Below are positions 31,113 to 40,565 of a stretch of 64,000 nucleotides of DNA, in pieces. Numbering within the stretch: the first letter of the stretch is position 1; every line of letters begins with the position of its first letter. Source of the DNA: an uncultured delta proteobacterium. Its GTDB lineage: Bacteria > Myxococcota_A > Polyangia > Fen-1088. The notes under the pieces were generated by a model that did not search any database, was not told the origin of the DNA, and saw only the letters and a program-made list of their open reading frames with translations. The position numbers and the translations under genes were made by a program. The stretch spans positions 1,088,001-1,152,000 of the forward strand of contig CAVYGB010000008.1 of NCBI GenBank assembly GCA_963767925.1. The letters run 5' to 3'.

Positions 31113-31220
31113 GGGCTCACGCAGAGCGGCGTCGGTGGCGACGCGGCCTGGGACCCTCTAGCAGGCTCACCTGGGGCGGCGCAAATCTCTCGGAACCCGG
31201 CCGGCGGCGCCAGAACGCGC

Positions 31221-32186
31221 TCAGCTCGGCTGCGGCAGCTCGACCCGCAGGTGGGTGCGGCGGGTGAACCAGACCAGCGCCACCAGGCCGATCACGACGG
31301 CAAACCAGAGCGTGCACAGGCGGGTGACGAAGGTGGCGGCGGTGGCCGTTCCCCGGCCGATGCCGGTCCCCAGCTTGACGAGCAGGGCGAGCATGCCGGC
31401 CTCGGTGACGCCGAGGCCGCCGGGGAGGAAGGAGAGGGCCCCGGCGATGGTCATCGTGGCATAGATGAAGGTCGCGGCCTGGTGCTCGATGTGGGCGCCG
31501 GGGAACCCGCGCACCACGATCCAGAAGGCCAGGCACTCGAGGTACCAGCTCACCACCGAGAGCAGGAGCGCCAGGCCGAGCGGCGCCGGGCGCAGCAGGC
31601 TGGCGGTGCTCTCGTAGAACTCGCCGAGCTTGCCCGACAGCCGGGACAGGCCAGGCACCCGCACGAGCAGCCGGATCGCCCCCCGGGCCAGCGGCTCGAC
31701 CGTGACCACCACCAGCCCGAGCACGATGACGATCGCCGCCGCGACGAGGAAGCCCCGGTCCACCTCGAAGGTGAAGGCCCCCACCGCCGCCAGCACGAGC
31801 AGGCCGGCCAGGTCGGTGAGGCGTTCGGCCAGCACGATGGGGGCCGTACGGGCTGCCGGGATGCCCCGGGACTGGCGCAGGAGGAGCGCCTTGACCGCCT
31901 CGCCGAGCTTGCCCGGGGTGACGGTGAGGGCGAACCCGCCCAGGAACACCAGCAGGCTCTCGCCCGCCGGCACGGTCAGCCCCAGCACCCGGAGGTAGTA
32001 GTGCCAGCGGACGAACCGCACCAGGTAGTTGGCCGCGGCCAGCCCGAGCGCCGCCAGGGCGGCGCCGGGAGCGAAGCCAGCGAGAGCCTCCCCGACCTTC
32101 CCGGCGTCGGCCCAGATCGAGAAGCCGACGTAGACCGCAACCCCCACCGCCACGCCGATGAGGACGCGGGTGAGGAGCCCCTTCAC
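31221..32186 (-). CDS. Lysylphosphatidylglycerol-synthase TM-domain (flippase-like, UPF0104) protein
   Basis: [29 protein letters not shown]; overlaps the typA stop. Confidence 0.8.
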   Translation of the reverse strand: MKGLLTRVLIGVAVGVAVYVGFSIWADAGKVGEALAGFAPGAALAALGLAAANYLVRFVRWHYYLRVLGLTVPAGESLLVFLGGFALTVTPGKLGEAVKALLLRQSRGIPAARTAPIVLAERLTDLAGLLVLAAVGAFTFEVDRGFLVAAAIVIVLGLVVVTVEPLARGAIRLLVRVPGLSRLSGKLGEFYESTASLLRPAPLGLALLLSVVSWYLECLAFWIVVRGFPGAHIEHQAATFIYATMTIAGALSFLPGGLGVTEAGMLALLVKLGTGIGRGTATAATFVTRLCTLWFAVVIGLVALVWFTRRTHLRVELPQPS

Positions 32187-34051
32187 GCCTCGACGCCCGC
32201 GTCGCGCAGCTTCTCGACCCGTTTGCGTTCGTTGTGGTCGAGCACCCGCTTGCGCAGGCGGATCGCCTTGGGCGTGACCTCCACCAGCTCGTCTTCGTTG
32301 ATGAACTCGAGCGCCGCCTCGAGGGACAGGTCCCGGGGCGGGGTCAGGAACAGCTTCTCGTCGGCCGCCGTGGTGCGGATGTTGGTGAGCTTCTTGGACT
32401 TGGAAGGGTTGACGACGAGGTCGTTGTCGCGCGAGTGCATGCCGACGATCTGGCCGCCGTAGACCTTGATCCCCGGACCGAGGAAGAGGGCGCCGCGCTC
32501 CTGCAGGGAGAAGAGGGCGTAGGTGTTGGTCTCCCCGTTCTCCTGGGCGATGATCACCCCGTTGGGCCGGGGCTTGATGGCCCCCGCGTAGGGCCCGTAG
32601 TGGCTGAAGTTGTGGTGCAACACCCCGGTGCCCCGGGTGCCGGTGAGGAACTGCGAGCGGTAGCCGATGAGGCCCCGGGCCGGACAGATGTACTCCAGCC
32701 TGGTACGGCCGGTGCCGGCCGGCTGCATGTCCTGCATGCGCCCGCCCCGGCGACCCAGCTCCTCGATGACGGTGCCGGCGAAGGCCTCGTCGAGGTCGAT
32801 CACCACCTCCTCGTAGGGCTCCATCTTCTCGCCGTTGGCGCCCTCCTTGAAGATCACCTGCGGCTGGGAGACCGCCATCTCGTAGCCCTCCCGGCGCATG
32901 GTCTCGATCAGCACCGACAGGTGCAGCTCACCCCGCCCCAGCACCTCGAAGGTGTCGGGCGTCTCCGTCTCCTTGACCCGCAGGGCGACGTTGGATTTGA
33001 TCTCCTTGTACAGCCGCTCGCGCAGGTTTCGCGAGGTCACGTAGCGCCCCTCGGTTCCCGAGAAGGGGCTGCTGTTGGCCATGAACTGCATCTGCACGGT
33101 GGGCTCCTCGATCTCGAGGAGCGGCAGCACCTGCGGTCGGGCCACCTCGGTGACGGTTTCGCCCACCGTCAGGTCGTGCATGCCCGTCACGGCGCAGATG
33201 TCGCCGGCGGCCACCTCGGCCAGCTCGAACCGCTTGAGCGACTGGTAGCCGAGCAGCTTGGCCACCCGGAAGTCTTCCCGCTTGCCGTCGCGGTGGATGC
33301 ACAGGGCCCGGTCGCCCTGGCGCAGGCGCCCCGAGAGCACCCGGCCGATTCCCACGTAGCCCAGGTAGTCGTCGTAGTCGAGGGTGACGACGTGCATGGC
33401 AAAAGGGGCGTCCCGATCGGCCACCGGCGGCGGCACCTTCTCCACCACCAGGTCGAGCAGGGGGCCGAGGTCGGTGCGTTCGTCGGTGAGCTTCCGGACC
33501 GCGAAGCCCTCCCGGCCCGAGGCATAGATGACCGGGAAGTCGAGCTGCTCATCGGTGGCGCCGAGCGCGACGAACAGGTCGAAGGTGTCGTTGACCGCGG
33601 CCTCCGGGTCGCAGCCGGCGCGGTCGATCTTGTTCACCACCAGGATCGGACGCAGGCCCAGGGCCAGCGCCTTGCGGGTGACGAAGCGGGTCTGGGGCAT
33701 GGGCCCCTCGAAGGCGTCCACCAGCAGGAGGACCGAGTCGACCATCTTGAGCACCCGCTCGACCTCGCCGCCGAAGTCGGCGTGGCCAGGGGTATCCACG
33801 ATGTTGATACGGGTCCCCTTCCAGGTGATGGCGGTGAACTTCGCCAGGATAGTGATTCCGCGCTCGCGCTCCAGATCGTTCGAGTCCATCGCGCAGTCCG
33901 CGACCACCTCGCCCGGGCGGAACGAACCTGCCTGTCGAAGGAAGCCATCGACGAGCGTCGTCTTTCCGTGATCGACGTGGGCAATGATCGCGATGTTGCG
34001 CACGTCGTCGCGGGCGACGGGGGAAGGGATCTGGGACGGCATCTGGGTCAT
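32183..34051 (-). CDS. typA: Translational GTPase TypA/BipA
   Basis: [65 protein letters not shown]. Confidence 0.97.
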   Translation of the reverse strand: MTQMPSQIPSPVARDDVRNIAIIAHVDHGKTTLVDGFLRQAGSFRPGEVVADCAMDSNDLERERGITILAKFTAITWKGTRINIVDTPGHADFGGEVERVLKMVDSVLLLVDAFEGPMPQTRFVTRKALALGLRPILVVNKIDRAGCDPEAAVNDTFDLFVALGATDEQLDFPVIYASGREGFAVRKLTDERTDLGPLLDLVVEKVPPPVADRDAPFAMHVVTLDYDDYLGYVGIGRVLSGRLRQGDRALCIHRDGKREDFRVAKLLGYQSLKRFELAEVAAGDICAVTGMHDLTVGETVTEVARPQVLPLLEIEEPTVQMQFMANSSPFSGTEGRYVTSRNLRERLYKEIKSNVALRVKETETPDTFEVLGRGELHLSVLIETMRREGYEMAVSQPQVIFKEGANGEKMEPYEEVVIDLDEAFAGTVIEELGRRGGRMQDMQPAGTGRTRLEYICPARGLIGYRSQFLTGTRGTGVLHHNFSHYGPYAGAIKPRPNGVIIAQENGETNTYALFSLQERGALFLGPGIKVYGGQIVGMHSRDNDLVVNPSKSKKLTNIRTTAADEKLFLTPPRDLSLEAALEFINEDELVEVTPKAIRLRKRVLDHNERKRVEKLRDAGVEA

Positions 34052-34182
34052 AGGAGGCGGGAGGTGTACCACGGCCCGGTGGTTGCGTCAGCGCGACCAG
34101 ACGCAGCATCGTCGCGCTCGGCAGAAATCTTGAGCTTTTTCGCCATCCGCTGCGCCGAGCCTCGTAGAGGTATGCTGTCCGC

Positions 34183-35091
34183 GTGAGTCAGCCGGCGGAC
34201 GCCCTCGATCCCACCCTGGCGGCGCTCGATCCGACCGAGCGGGCCTTCGTGCTGGGCTCGACGGTGCTCGGGCTGGGGCCGGAGAACGCGGCCGTCCTGG
34301 CGGGGCCCGCGGGCGAGCGTTGCGCTGCTGCGCTGCGGACGCTGGCCAAGGTCCCCCGCGACCAGAAGGCCGGCCGCATCGGCCAGCTCGCGCGCGAGCT
34401 GGGCGCGGCCTTTCCTCCTGCGGTCGAGATCGTGCACCCGAGCTGGCTGCCCAAGGCCCTGGCCGCCGAGCCCTCCGATCTCTTGCCCGCCCTGGTAGTG
34501 GGAGCCTCGCCCTCGGTCCGGCAGGCGGTTGGTGAGGTGATGCAGTCCCGCCGCGCCGAGGGGGAGCTGGCCAACCCGGCCACGCTCTCGCCCGAGCTCG
34601 CCGCCGAGCTACGACGGGTGGTCTTTGCCTCGCTGAGGCATGTCTTCGCTGCCTGCCAGGGGCCCCTGGCGGCGGTGCTCGAGCGCACCGGCCCGGGTGC
34701 CCTCCAGGAGGTGCGGCGCCTGGGCGCGCGGTCGCTGGGGGCCTCGCTGGCCGGCTCTCCGCACGAGGTGCTGGCGCGGGCCATGGCGGTGGTGGGCGGG
34801 AGCTTCGCCGGGGATCTTCGCCAGTCCGCCGAGGCGGCTGACCCCGCCGCCCGCCGGGAAGGGGAGGCCGACGTCAAGGCCGCCGCCGCGGACGCGGCCG
34901 CCACCTCCGAGGAGCGGCTCGAGCGGATCGGCCACCGGGCGATGCTCCGGCTGGCGCGGGCCCAGGACGACGAGGTCAAGCGGGCGGTGGCCCTGCGGTT
35001 GCCCCGCGAGCTGGGCAAACACCTCCTCGGCACGGGAGCGGCGGCCGAGGGGGCGCAGGGGGGACGGCGAGGAGCGGGCGACAGGCCATGA
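34183..35091 (+). CDS. Hypothetical protein, putative SctK-like sorting-platform component
   Basis: Directly upstream of sctL/fliH and sctN/fliI. Helical Ala/Leu-rich protein with a VHPSWL motif reminiscent of SctK-position proteins. The function is inferred. Confidence 0.5.
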   Translation: MSQPADALDPTLAALDPTERAFVLGSTVLGLGPENAAVLAGPAGERCAAALRTLAKVPRDQKAGRIGQLARELGAAFPPAVEIVHPSWLPKALAAEPSDLLPALVVGASPSVRQAVGEVMQSRRAEGELANPATLSPELAAELRRVVFASLRHVFAACQGPLAAVLERTGPGALQEVRRLGARSLGASLAGSPHEVLARAMAVVGGSFAGDLRQSAEAADPAARREGEADVKAAAADAAATSEERLERIGHRAMLRLARAQDDEVKRAVALRLPRELGKHLLGTGAAAEGAQGGRRGAGDRP

Positions 35092-35104
35092 GCAGGAGCG
35101 GGAC

Positions 35105-35692
35105 ATGGGTCGTTTGATGAAAGGCAAGGGGTACGTCGTGCCCCGGGTGGTGATGGGCGCACGCGAGCAGGCGGATCTCCTGCTCGCAGCGGCCCAGTCG
35201 GCCGCCGAGGAGGACCGCCGTCGCGGCTACGAGCAAGGGCTGACCGAGGGGCGCGAGGCCGCCCTCGCGGAGATGACCGAGATCCTGGTGCGGGCCCAGC
35301 AAGAGGCCGACGAGCTGCGCACCGCCAGCAAGGAGGCCGCCATCCCCATCGCCCGTCGCATGGCCGAGCGGATCGTGGGGCGAGCCCTCGAGCTGCACCC
35401 CAGCTTGATCGGCGACATCGCCGCCCAGGCGCTGGCCGCCAGCCGGGCCCGGTCCGGCCTGGTGACCTTGCGGGTGCACCCCGTCGACCTCGTGGCCCTC
35501 GAGCAGGAGCGCCCGCGCCTGGCGGCGCGCCTCGGTGGCGCCCTCGATCTGCAGCTCGTGGCCGACGAGGCCATCGTCCAGGGCGGTTGTATCGTCGAGA
35601 CCACCTCGGGCCGGCTGGACGCCCGCCTCGACCGCCAGCTCGACGCCATCGAAAAGGCCCTCGGGCAAAAGATGAGCGGCTCCCGTTCATGA
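35105..35692 (+). CDS. FliH/SctL family stator protein
   Basis: RRGYEQGLTEGR repeat, IARRMAERIVG, LRVHPVD, ADEAIVQGGCIVETTSGRLDARLDRQL; AGGAG RBS. Confidence 0.9.
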   Translation: MGRLMKGKGYVVPRVVMGAREQADLLLAAAQSAAEEDRRRGYEQGLTEGREAALAEMTEILVRAQQEADELRTASKEAAIPIARRMAERIVGRALELHPSLIGDIAAQALAASRARSGLVTLRVHPVDLVALEQERPRLAARLGGALDLQLVADEAIVQGGCIVETTSGRLDARLDRQLDAIEKALGQKMSGSRS

Positions 35693-35704
35693 GAGGATGA
35701 GACC

Positions 35705-37027
35705 GTGGCAGGCGAAAGGCAGGCTCCGCTGATCGAGCTCGGGGAAGCGCTGGCGGCGCTCGACGAGATAAATCCCCTGCGCATCTCCGGCCGGGTGACC
35801 GAGGTGACCGGTCTGGTGGTCCGGGCCCTGGTCCCGGGCATCCGCATGGGCGAGATGGTGATCATCGAGTGCACCCCGCGTCTGCGGGCCGAGGTGGTGG
35901 GTTTTCGCGGCGACGAGGCGGTCCTGATGCCGCTCGGAGATCTCAGCGGGGTGGGGCCAGACGCCGCGGTCAGCCCGCTGGGCCGACCGCTCTCGATCCG
36001 GATGGGGGAGGGGGTGCTCGGGCGGGTGCTCGACGGCCTGGGTGAGCCGATGGACGGCCTCGGGCCTCTCGCCGGTCCTACCCAGGACTGGGCGGTCGAC
36101 CGAGCGGCGCCCGATCCCCTCCGCCGCCGCCGGGTCGATCGCCCCCTGACCCTCGGCGTGCGGGCCATCGATTCGTTGCTCACCGTGGGGGAGGGCCAAA
36201 GGGTGGGCGTCTTCGCCGGCTCCGGCGTCGGCAAGTCGACCCTCATGGGCCAGATCGCTCGCAACACGGAGGCCGACGTCAACGTCATCTGCCTGGTCGG
36301 CGAGCGTGGTCGCGAGGTCGTCGAGTTCATCGAGGACTCGCTCGGCGCCGAAGGGCGAGCCCGCTCGGTCGTGATCTGCGCCACCAGCGACGTGCCCAGC
36401 CTGGTCCGGCTCAAGTCGACCTTCGTCGCCACCTCGGTGGCAGAGTGGTTCCGCGACCGGGGCTTGCGGGTCCTGCTGATGATGGACTCGGTTACCCGGT
36501 TCGCCCGGGCCCAGCGCGAGGTCGGGCTGGCCGCCGGGGAGCCACCCGCGCGGCAGGGCTACCCGCCCAGCGTGTTCGCCATCATGCCCCGCCTGCTCGA
36601 GCGAACCGGCAACTCCGAGCTGGGATCGATCACGGCGCTCTACACCGTGCTGGTCTCCGGCGGCGACATGGAGGAGCCCATCGCCGACGAGGTGCGCGGT
36701 ATCCTCGACGGCCACATTATCCTGTCGCGCGACCTCGGCGCTCGCAACCACTGGCCGGCCATCGACGTCCTGCCCTCGCTGTCCCGGGTCATGCCGCTGG
36801 TCACCGACGCCGAGCACCGCAAGGCAGCCGGGCGCATGCGCGAGCTGATGGCCACCTACGAGCGCCAGCGCGACCTGATCCTGCTGGGCGCCTACCAGAA
36901 GGGCAGCGACCCACGCACCGACGAGGCCATCGCCAAGATCGACGTCATCAACGCCTTTTTGCGCCAGGGCGTCCAGGAGAACACCCCCTTTGCCGAGACC
37001 CGCCAGCGGCTGATCTCGCTGGTCTGA
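35705..37027 (+). CDS. FliI/SctN family type III export ATPase
   Basis: Walker A GVFAGSGVGKST, VGERGREV, LMMDSVTRFARAQRE, GEPPARQGYPPSVF, ILDGHIILSR. Confidence 0.95.
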   Translation: MAGERQAPLIELGEALAALDEINPLRISGRVTEVTGLVVRALVPGIRMGEMVIIECTPRLRAEVVGFRGDEAVLMPLGDLSGVGPDAAVSPLGRPLSIRMGEGVLGRVLDGLGEPMDGLGPLAGPTQDWAVDRAAPDPLRRRRVDRPLTLGVRAIDSLLTVGEGQRVGVFAGSGVGKSTLMGQIARNTEADVNVICLVGERGREVVEFIEDSLGAEGRARSVVICATSDVPSLVRLKSTFVATSVAEWFRDRGLRVLLMMDSVTRFARAQREVGLAAGEPPARQGYPPSVFAIMPRLLERTGNSELGSITALYTVLVSGGDMEEPIADEVRGILDGHIILSRDLGARNHWPAIDVLPSLSRVMPLVTDAEHRKAAGRMRELMATYERQRDLILLGAYQKGSDPRTDEAIAKIDVINAFLRQGVQENTPFAETRQRLISLV

Positions 37028-37047
37028 CGGGACCGAGGAGAATCGAG

Positions 37048-37392
37048 ATGACCGACTGCCTGTTCTGCAAGCTGCGCGACGGCGGCCTCCCCGCCCAGAT
37101 CACCTACCGCGACGACGACGTCCTCGCCTTCAAGGACATCAAGTCCCAGGCTCCGCTGCACGAGCTCGTGATCCCGACCCGGCACGTCAGCAGCCTCGCC
37201 ACCGCCAAGCCCGAAGACGCCGCCATCCTCGGCAAGCTCATGCTGGTGGCGGCCGAGCGGGCCCGCGACGCCGGATACGACGACAGCGGCTTCCGGGTGG
37301 TCATGAACTCCGGGGCCGACGCCGGCCAGACCGTCTTTCACGTGCACCTGCACGTGCTGGCCGGCCGCCGCCTGGGCTGGCCCCCCGGGTAG
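37048..37392 (+). CDS. hinT: Histidine triad (HIT) nucleotide-binding protein
   Basis: DCLFCK, AFKDI..QAPLH.LVIP, AGQTVFHVHLHVLAGR..WPPG; GAGGAG RBS. Confidence 0.92.
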   Translation: MTDCLFCKLRDGGLPAQITYRDDDVLAFKDIKSQAPLHELVIPTRHVSSLATAKPEDAAILGKLMLVAAERARDAGYDDSGFRVVMNSGADAGQTVFHVHLHVLAGRRLGWPPG

Positions 37393-37416
37393 CTGGCAGG
37401 GCCGGCCCGGCCGGCC

Positions 37417-38394
37417 TCACAGCCGGACTTCGACCAGGGTCTTCTTGCGCAGCTCGCTGAGGTAGATCTTGGTCTGACGCTCCATCTCCTTCTGACGGAG
37501 CTGCAGGCGGAGCTGCTCCTTGACGTCGGCCAGGGGCTTGACGTCGGCGGCGCGGCGGTCGACCAGCTTGATCACGTGAAAGCCCTGGTTGCCGCGCACC
37601 GGACCGCCGATCTCGCCGACGCCCATGGAGAACACCAGCTCCTCCACCGGCTTGGGCAGCCCCATCTCCTTGCCGAAGTAGCCGAGGTCGCCACCTTCGG
37701 CCCGGGTGGCCCGGTCCTCCGATAGCTCCTTGGCCAGGGTGGCGAAGTCCTCCCCGGCCCGGGCCCGGGCCAGGATCTTGCGGGCGTACTCCTCGCGCTC
37801 GAGGACCTTGGCCGCGTCGGCGTTTTCGGGGATGGCGACGAAGATGTGGCTGACCTTGACGTTGTCGTTCTTGCCCGACTTCATGTTCCGCTCGTAGTAG
37901 CTCTCGACGTCGTTGTCGCTGACCTGGATCTTCGAGCCCACGGCGATGTTGATGACCCGGTAGCGCAGGATCTCCTTGCGGGTGTTCTGCCGGTAGGAGG
38001 CCAGGCTCATCCCCTGGCGTCGCAGCTCGTCGGCGAGCTGGGTGTCGCTGAGGCTGTAGTCCTTCTTGATCTGCTCGATCGAGCGGTCGACCTCCTCGCT
38101 GCTGACCGAGAGCTTGAGCTCGTTGGCCTGCTGGAGCAGCAGGTGCTCGTCGACGATCCGCTCGAGCACCTCCCGGCGGAGGGCGGACGTCCGCTGCTTG
38201 CGCTGGTTGGCGTCGGGCAGGGCCGCGATCTCCTCGAGGAAGGGCCGCGACCGTTCGTTGACCTCGCTCTCCAAGACGACCTCGTCACCCACCAGGGCGA
38301 CGATGCGTTCGACGATCCGGGCCTGGGCCGCGGTCGAGGAGGCGGCGGCGACGAGCGCCGCCGCCAGTGGAAGCAGATACTGGCGTTTGCTCAT
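37417..38394 (-). CDS. surA: SurA-like periplasmic chaperone / PPIase
   Basis: Signal peptide (AQA), IVERIVALVGDEVVLESE, VSHIF, FATLAKELSED..EGGDLG, GFHVIKL. Confidence 0.85.
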   Translation of the reverse strand: MSKRQYLLPLAAALVAAASSTAAQARIVERIVALVGDEVVLESEVNERSRPFLEEIAALPDANQRKQRTSALRREVLERIVDEHLLLQQANELKLSVSSEEVDRSIEQIKKDYSLSDTQLADELRRQGMSLASYRQNTRKEILRYRVINIAVGSKIQVSDNDVESYYERNMKSGKNDNVKVSHIFVAIPENADAAKVLEREEYARKILARARAGEDFATLAKELSEDRATRAEGGDLGYFGKEMGLPKPVEELVFSMGVGEIGGPVRGNQGFHVIKLVDRRAADVKPLADVKEQLRLQLRQKEMERQTKIYLSELRKKTLVEVRL

Positions 38395-39302
38395 GGTGGG
38401 CTCTTGATGTCCTTCAGCTTGTCTTCGAAAACCTCGATTTTGACCCGTCCCCGCATCTCCTGCACCCATTCCTCGACTTTCTGCCCCCGCCGCTCCTGGT
38501 GCAGGCGGGTCCTGACCTGCCGCTTCACCTCCTCGAAGGGACGGAGGAACCCGGCCCGCCTTTGCGTCAGCCTGAGGATGTGAAACCCCTTTTCGGTCTC
38601 GACCGGGTCGGAGACGTCACCGATCTGCCGGAGAGCATGAGCGGCGTCGACCACGGGCCGGGGCGGCTCGGGGCTGTCGCGCTCCAGGAAGGTCAGGTCG
38701 CCGCCGCGTTGCTTCGAGTCCTCGTCCCGGGAGTGACGCTCGACGAGGCCCCGGAAGCCCTTCTCGTCGCGCGCCCCCAGGGCCCGGGCCTCCTGGACCA
38801 GGCGGGCGGCGCTCTCCCGATCCTTGACCAGGATCTGGCTCACCCGGACCGCCTCCTTCTGGGTGAACAGGTCGGCGTGGCTCCGGTAGTAGGGCTCGAG
38901 GTCGGCCTCCGGGATGTCCTCCGCCTTGAAGGTCGCGTCCAGCTCCTTGGCGATCATCTCCTCGATCGAGCGCTGCTTGACGAAGCGGACCACGTCGGGG
39001 TCCCGCCGGTAGCCCCGCTTGTCGGCCTCCATCGCCATCACCTCGAAGCGGATGAGGTTCTGCAGGAACTCCTTGCGCCGCTCTGGCGACCGGTAGCGGG
39101 CCTGGGCGTAGGGGGACTGGCGCCCGAGGTGCCGTTCGAAGTCGCTGCGGGTGATGGCCTTCCCGTCGATACGGGCCACCACCTCGGCCTCGTCCTGGCT
39201 CCCCGGCCCGCGCGCCGATCCCCCCGACCCTGCTTCCGTGCGGTCACAGGCGATCAGCAGGCCGAGCCCGAAGCCGATCCGTGCCGCGCACCCTGGGCGC
39301 AT
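38391..39302 (-). CDS. Parvulin-type PPIase lipoprotein (PpiC/PrsA-like)
   Basis: Lipobox LIAC, VVARIDGKAIT, VRVSQILV, HSRDEDSKQRGGDL, SDPVETEKGFHIL; overlaps the surA start. Confidence 0.85.
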   Translation of the reverse strand: MRPGCAARIGFGLGLLIACDRTEAGSGGSARGPGSQDEAEVVARIDGKAITRSDFERHLGRQSPYAQARYRSPERRKEFLQNLIRFEVMAMEADKRGYRRDPDVVRFVKQRSIEEMIAKELDATFKAEDIPEADLEPYYRSHADLFTQKEAVRVSQILVKDRESAARLVQEARALGARDEKGFRGLVERHSRDEDSKQRGGDLTFLERDSPEPPRPVVDAAHALRQIGDVSDPVETEKGFHILRLTQRRAGFLRPFEEVKRQVRTRLHQERRGQKVEEWVQEMRGRVKIEVFEDKLKDIKSPP

Positions 39303-39443
39303 GGTCTCTAGATGACATGGTCGGCCCGCTGCCCGCAAGCGTGCGGGTTCACCTGCGACCCCGCCCCACACGACCGTCCTCTCCTGGGCCACCCCTTTGC
39401 TTCGATCGACCTGGGCGGTCCAGGTAGCGTAATTTAATAGGAC

Positions 39444-40541
39444 ATGGCACTGAGGTTGGGGGAGCTGCTCATGTCCCGGGGGTTGCTGACGTCCGAGCAG
39501 CTCGCGCAGGCCTTGCACGGCCAGAGCATCTTCGGTGGACGTCTGGGAACCAACCTCGTGGAGATGGGCTTCGTCACCGAGGAGCAGATCGCGGCCAGCC
39601 TGAGCCAGCAGCTCGGTCTGCCCTGCGCGCGCCCGCAATGGGTGGCGGCCATTCCCCGCGAGGTCATAAGCTGCATGTCCCGGGACATCGCCGAGCGGTA
39701 CCGGGTCATCCCCCTCAAGAAAGAGGGGCGAGAGCTGCACGTTGGGCTGGCCGATCCCCAGAACCTCGAGCGGGTGGACGAGCTGAGCTTCGCCACCGGC
39801 TGCCCCTTGCGCGCCTTCGTCATCACCGAGGTGACCCTGAACTACGCGCTCGAGCGGTATTACGGCATCCGGCGCGAGGTCCGCTACCTCAAGCTGGCCG
39901 GCGCCGAGTCGGCCGAGATGCGCCTCACCACCATCGCCGAGAGCGTCGACCATCGGATGGGCATGGCCACCCCGACGCCGGCGACGGCGGCCCACGCCCC
40001 GGCCGGTTCCGCGCTGGCGGCTCCCGGCACCCATGTCGCCCAGGCGCTCGCCGACACGCCCAACTCCGACCTCGTCGAGCGGCTGGCCAGCGTGATGTCC
40101 GACACCGACTTCCTGGAGATCGTGTTCGCCTTTCTGATCCGGCTGTTCGACGACGTCGCCATCCTGGTGCCGCGGGGCGAGTCGGTCCAGGGCATCATGA
40201 TCGGCAACGGGACCGCCCGCCGCCCCTACGCCAGCGCCCTGCACGCGCCCTGCGGGCCCGGCACCTTGCTGGGGGAGGTGGTCAGCAAGGCCCAGATCGC
40301 CTACCGGGCCGAGCTCACCGACGACGGCCTGCTCGCCTTCTGTCACGCGGCCGGCATCCGCGCGGCCCGCATCGCCGTCATCCCCATCTTCGACAACCGG
40401 GCGCCCGTGCTGATCGCGCTCGGGCAGGGGATGGAGCAGCCGATCCTCGTCGAATACATCGACCAGATCCGGACCTTCCTGGCCAAGGCCTCGAGCGCCT
40501 TCCAGATCATCGCCCTGCGCAAGCAGATCCTCGCGCGCTGA
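39444..40541 (+). CDS. Stand-alone MshEN (T2SSE_N) domain protein without an ATPase domain
   Basis: Tandem RLGELLMSRGLLTSEQLAQALHGQ / RLGTNLVEMGFVTEEQIAASLSQQ, then AERYRVIP..ADP. No Walker A motif in the C-terminal half. Confidence 0.85.
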   Translation: MALRLGELLMSRGLLTSEQLAQALHGQSIFGGRLGTNLVEMGFVTEEQIAASLSQQLGLPCARPQWVAAIPREVISCMSRDIAERYRVIPLKKEGRELHVGLADPQNLERVDELSFATGCPLRAFVITEVTLNYALERYYGIRREVRYLKLAGAESAEMRLTTIAESVDHRMGMATPTPATAAHAPAGSALAAPGTHVAQALADTPNSDLVERLASVMSDTDFLEIVFAFLIRLFDDVAILVPRGESVQGIMIGNGTARRPYASALHAPCGPGTLLGEVVSKAQIAYRAELTDDGLLAFCHAAGIRAARIAVIPIFDNRAPVLIALGQGMEQPILVEYIDQIRTFLAKASSAFQIIALRKQILAR

Positions 40542-40565
40542 CCGGTCCGGACGCGCCGCGGCCGA

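Noticed and set aside
34183..37027. F1-ATP synthase genes, or part of a complete flagellar operon
   Set aside because: The ATPase motifs and the FliH-type partner indicate the FliI/SctN family; no fliF, fliJ or axial genes are adjacent.
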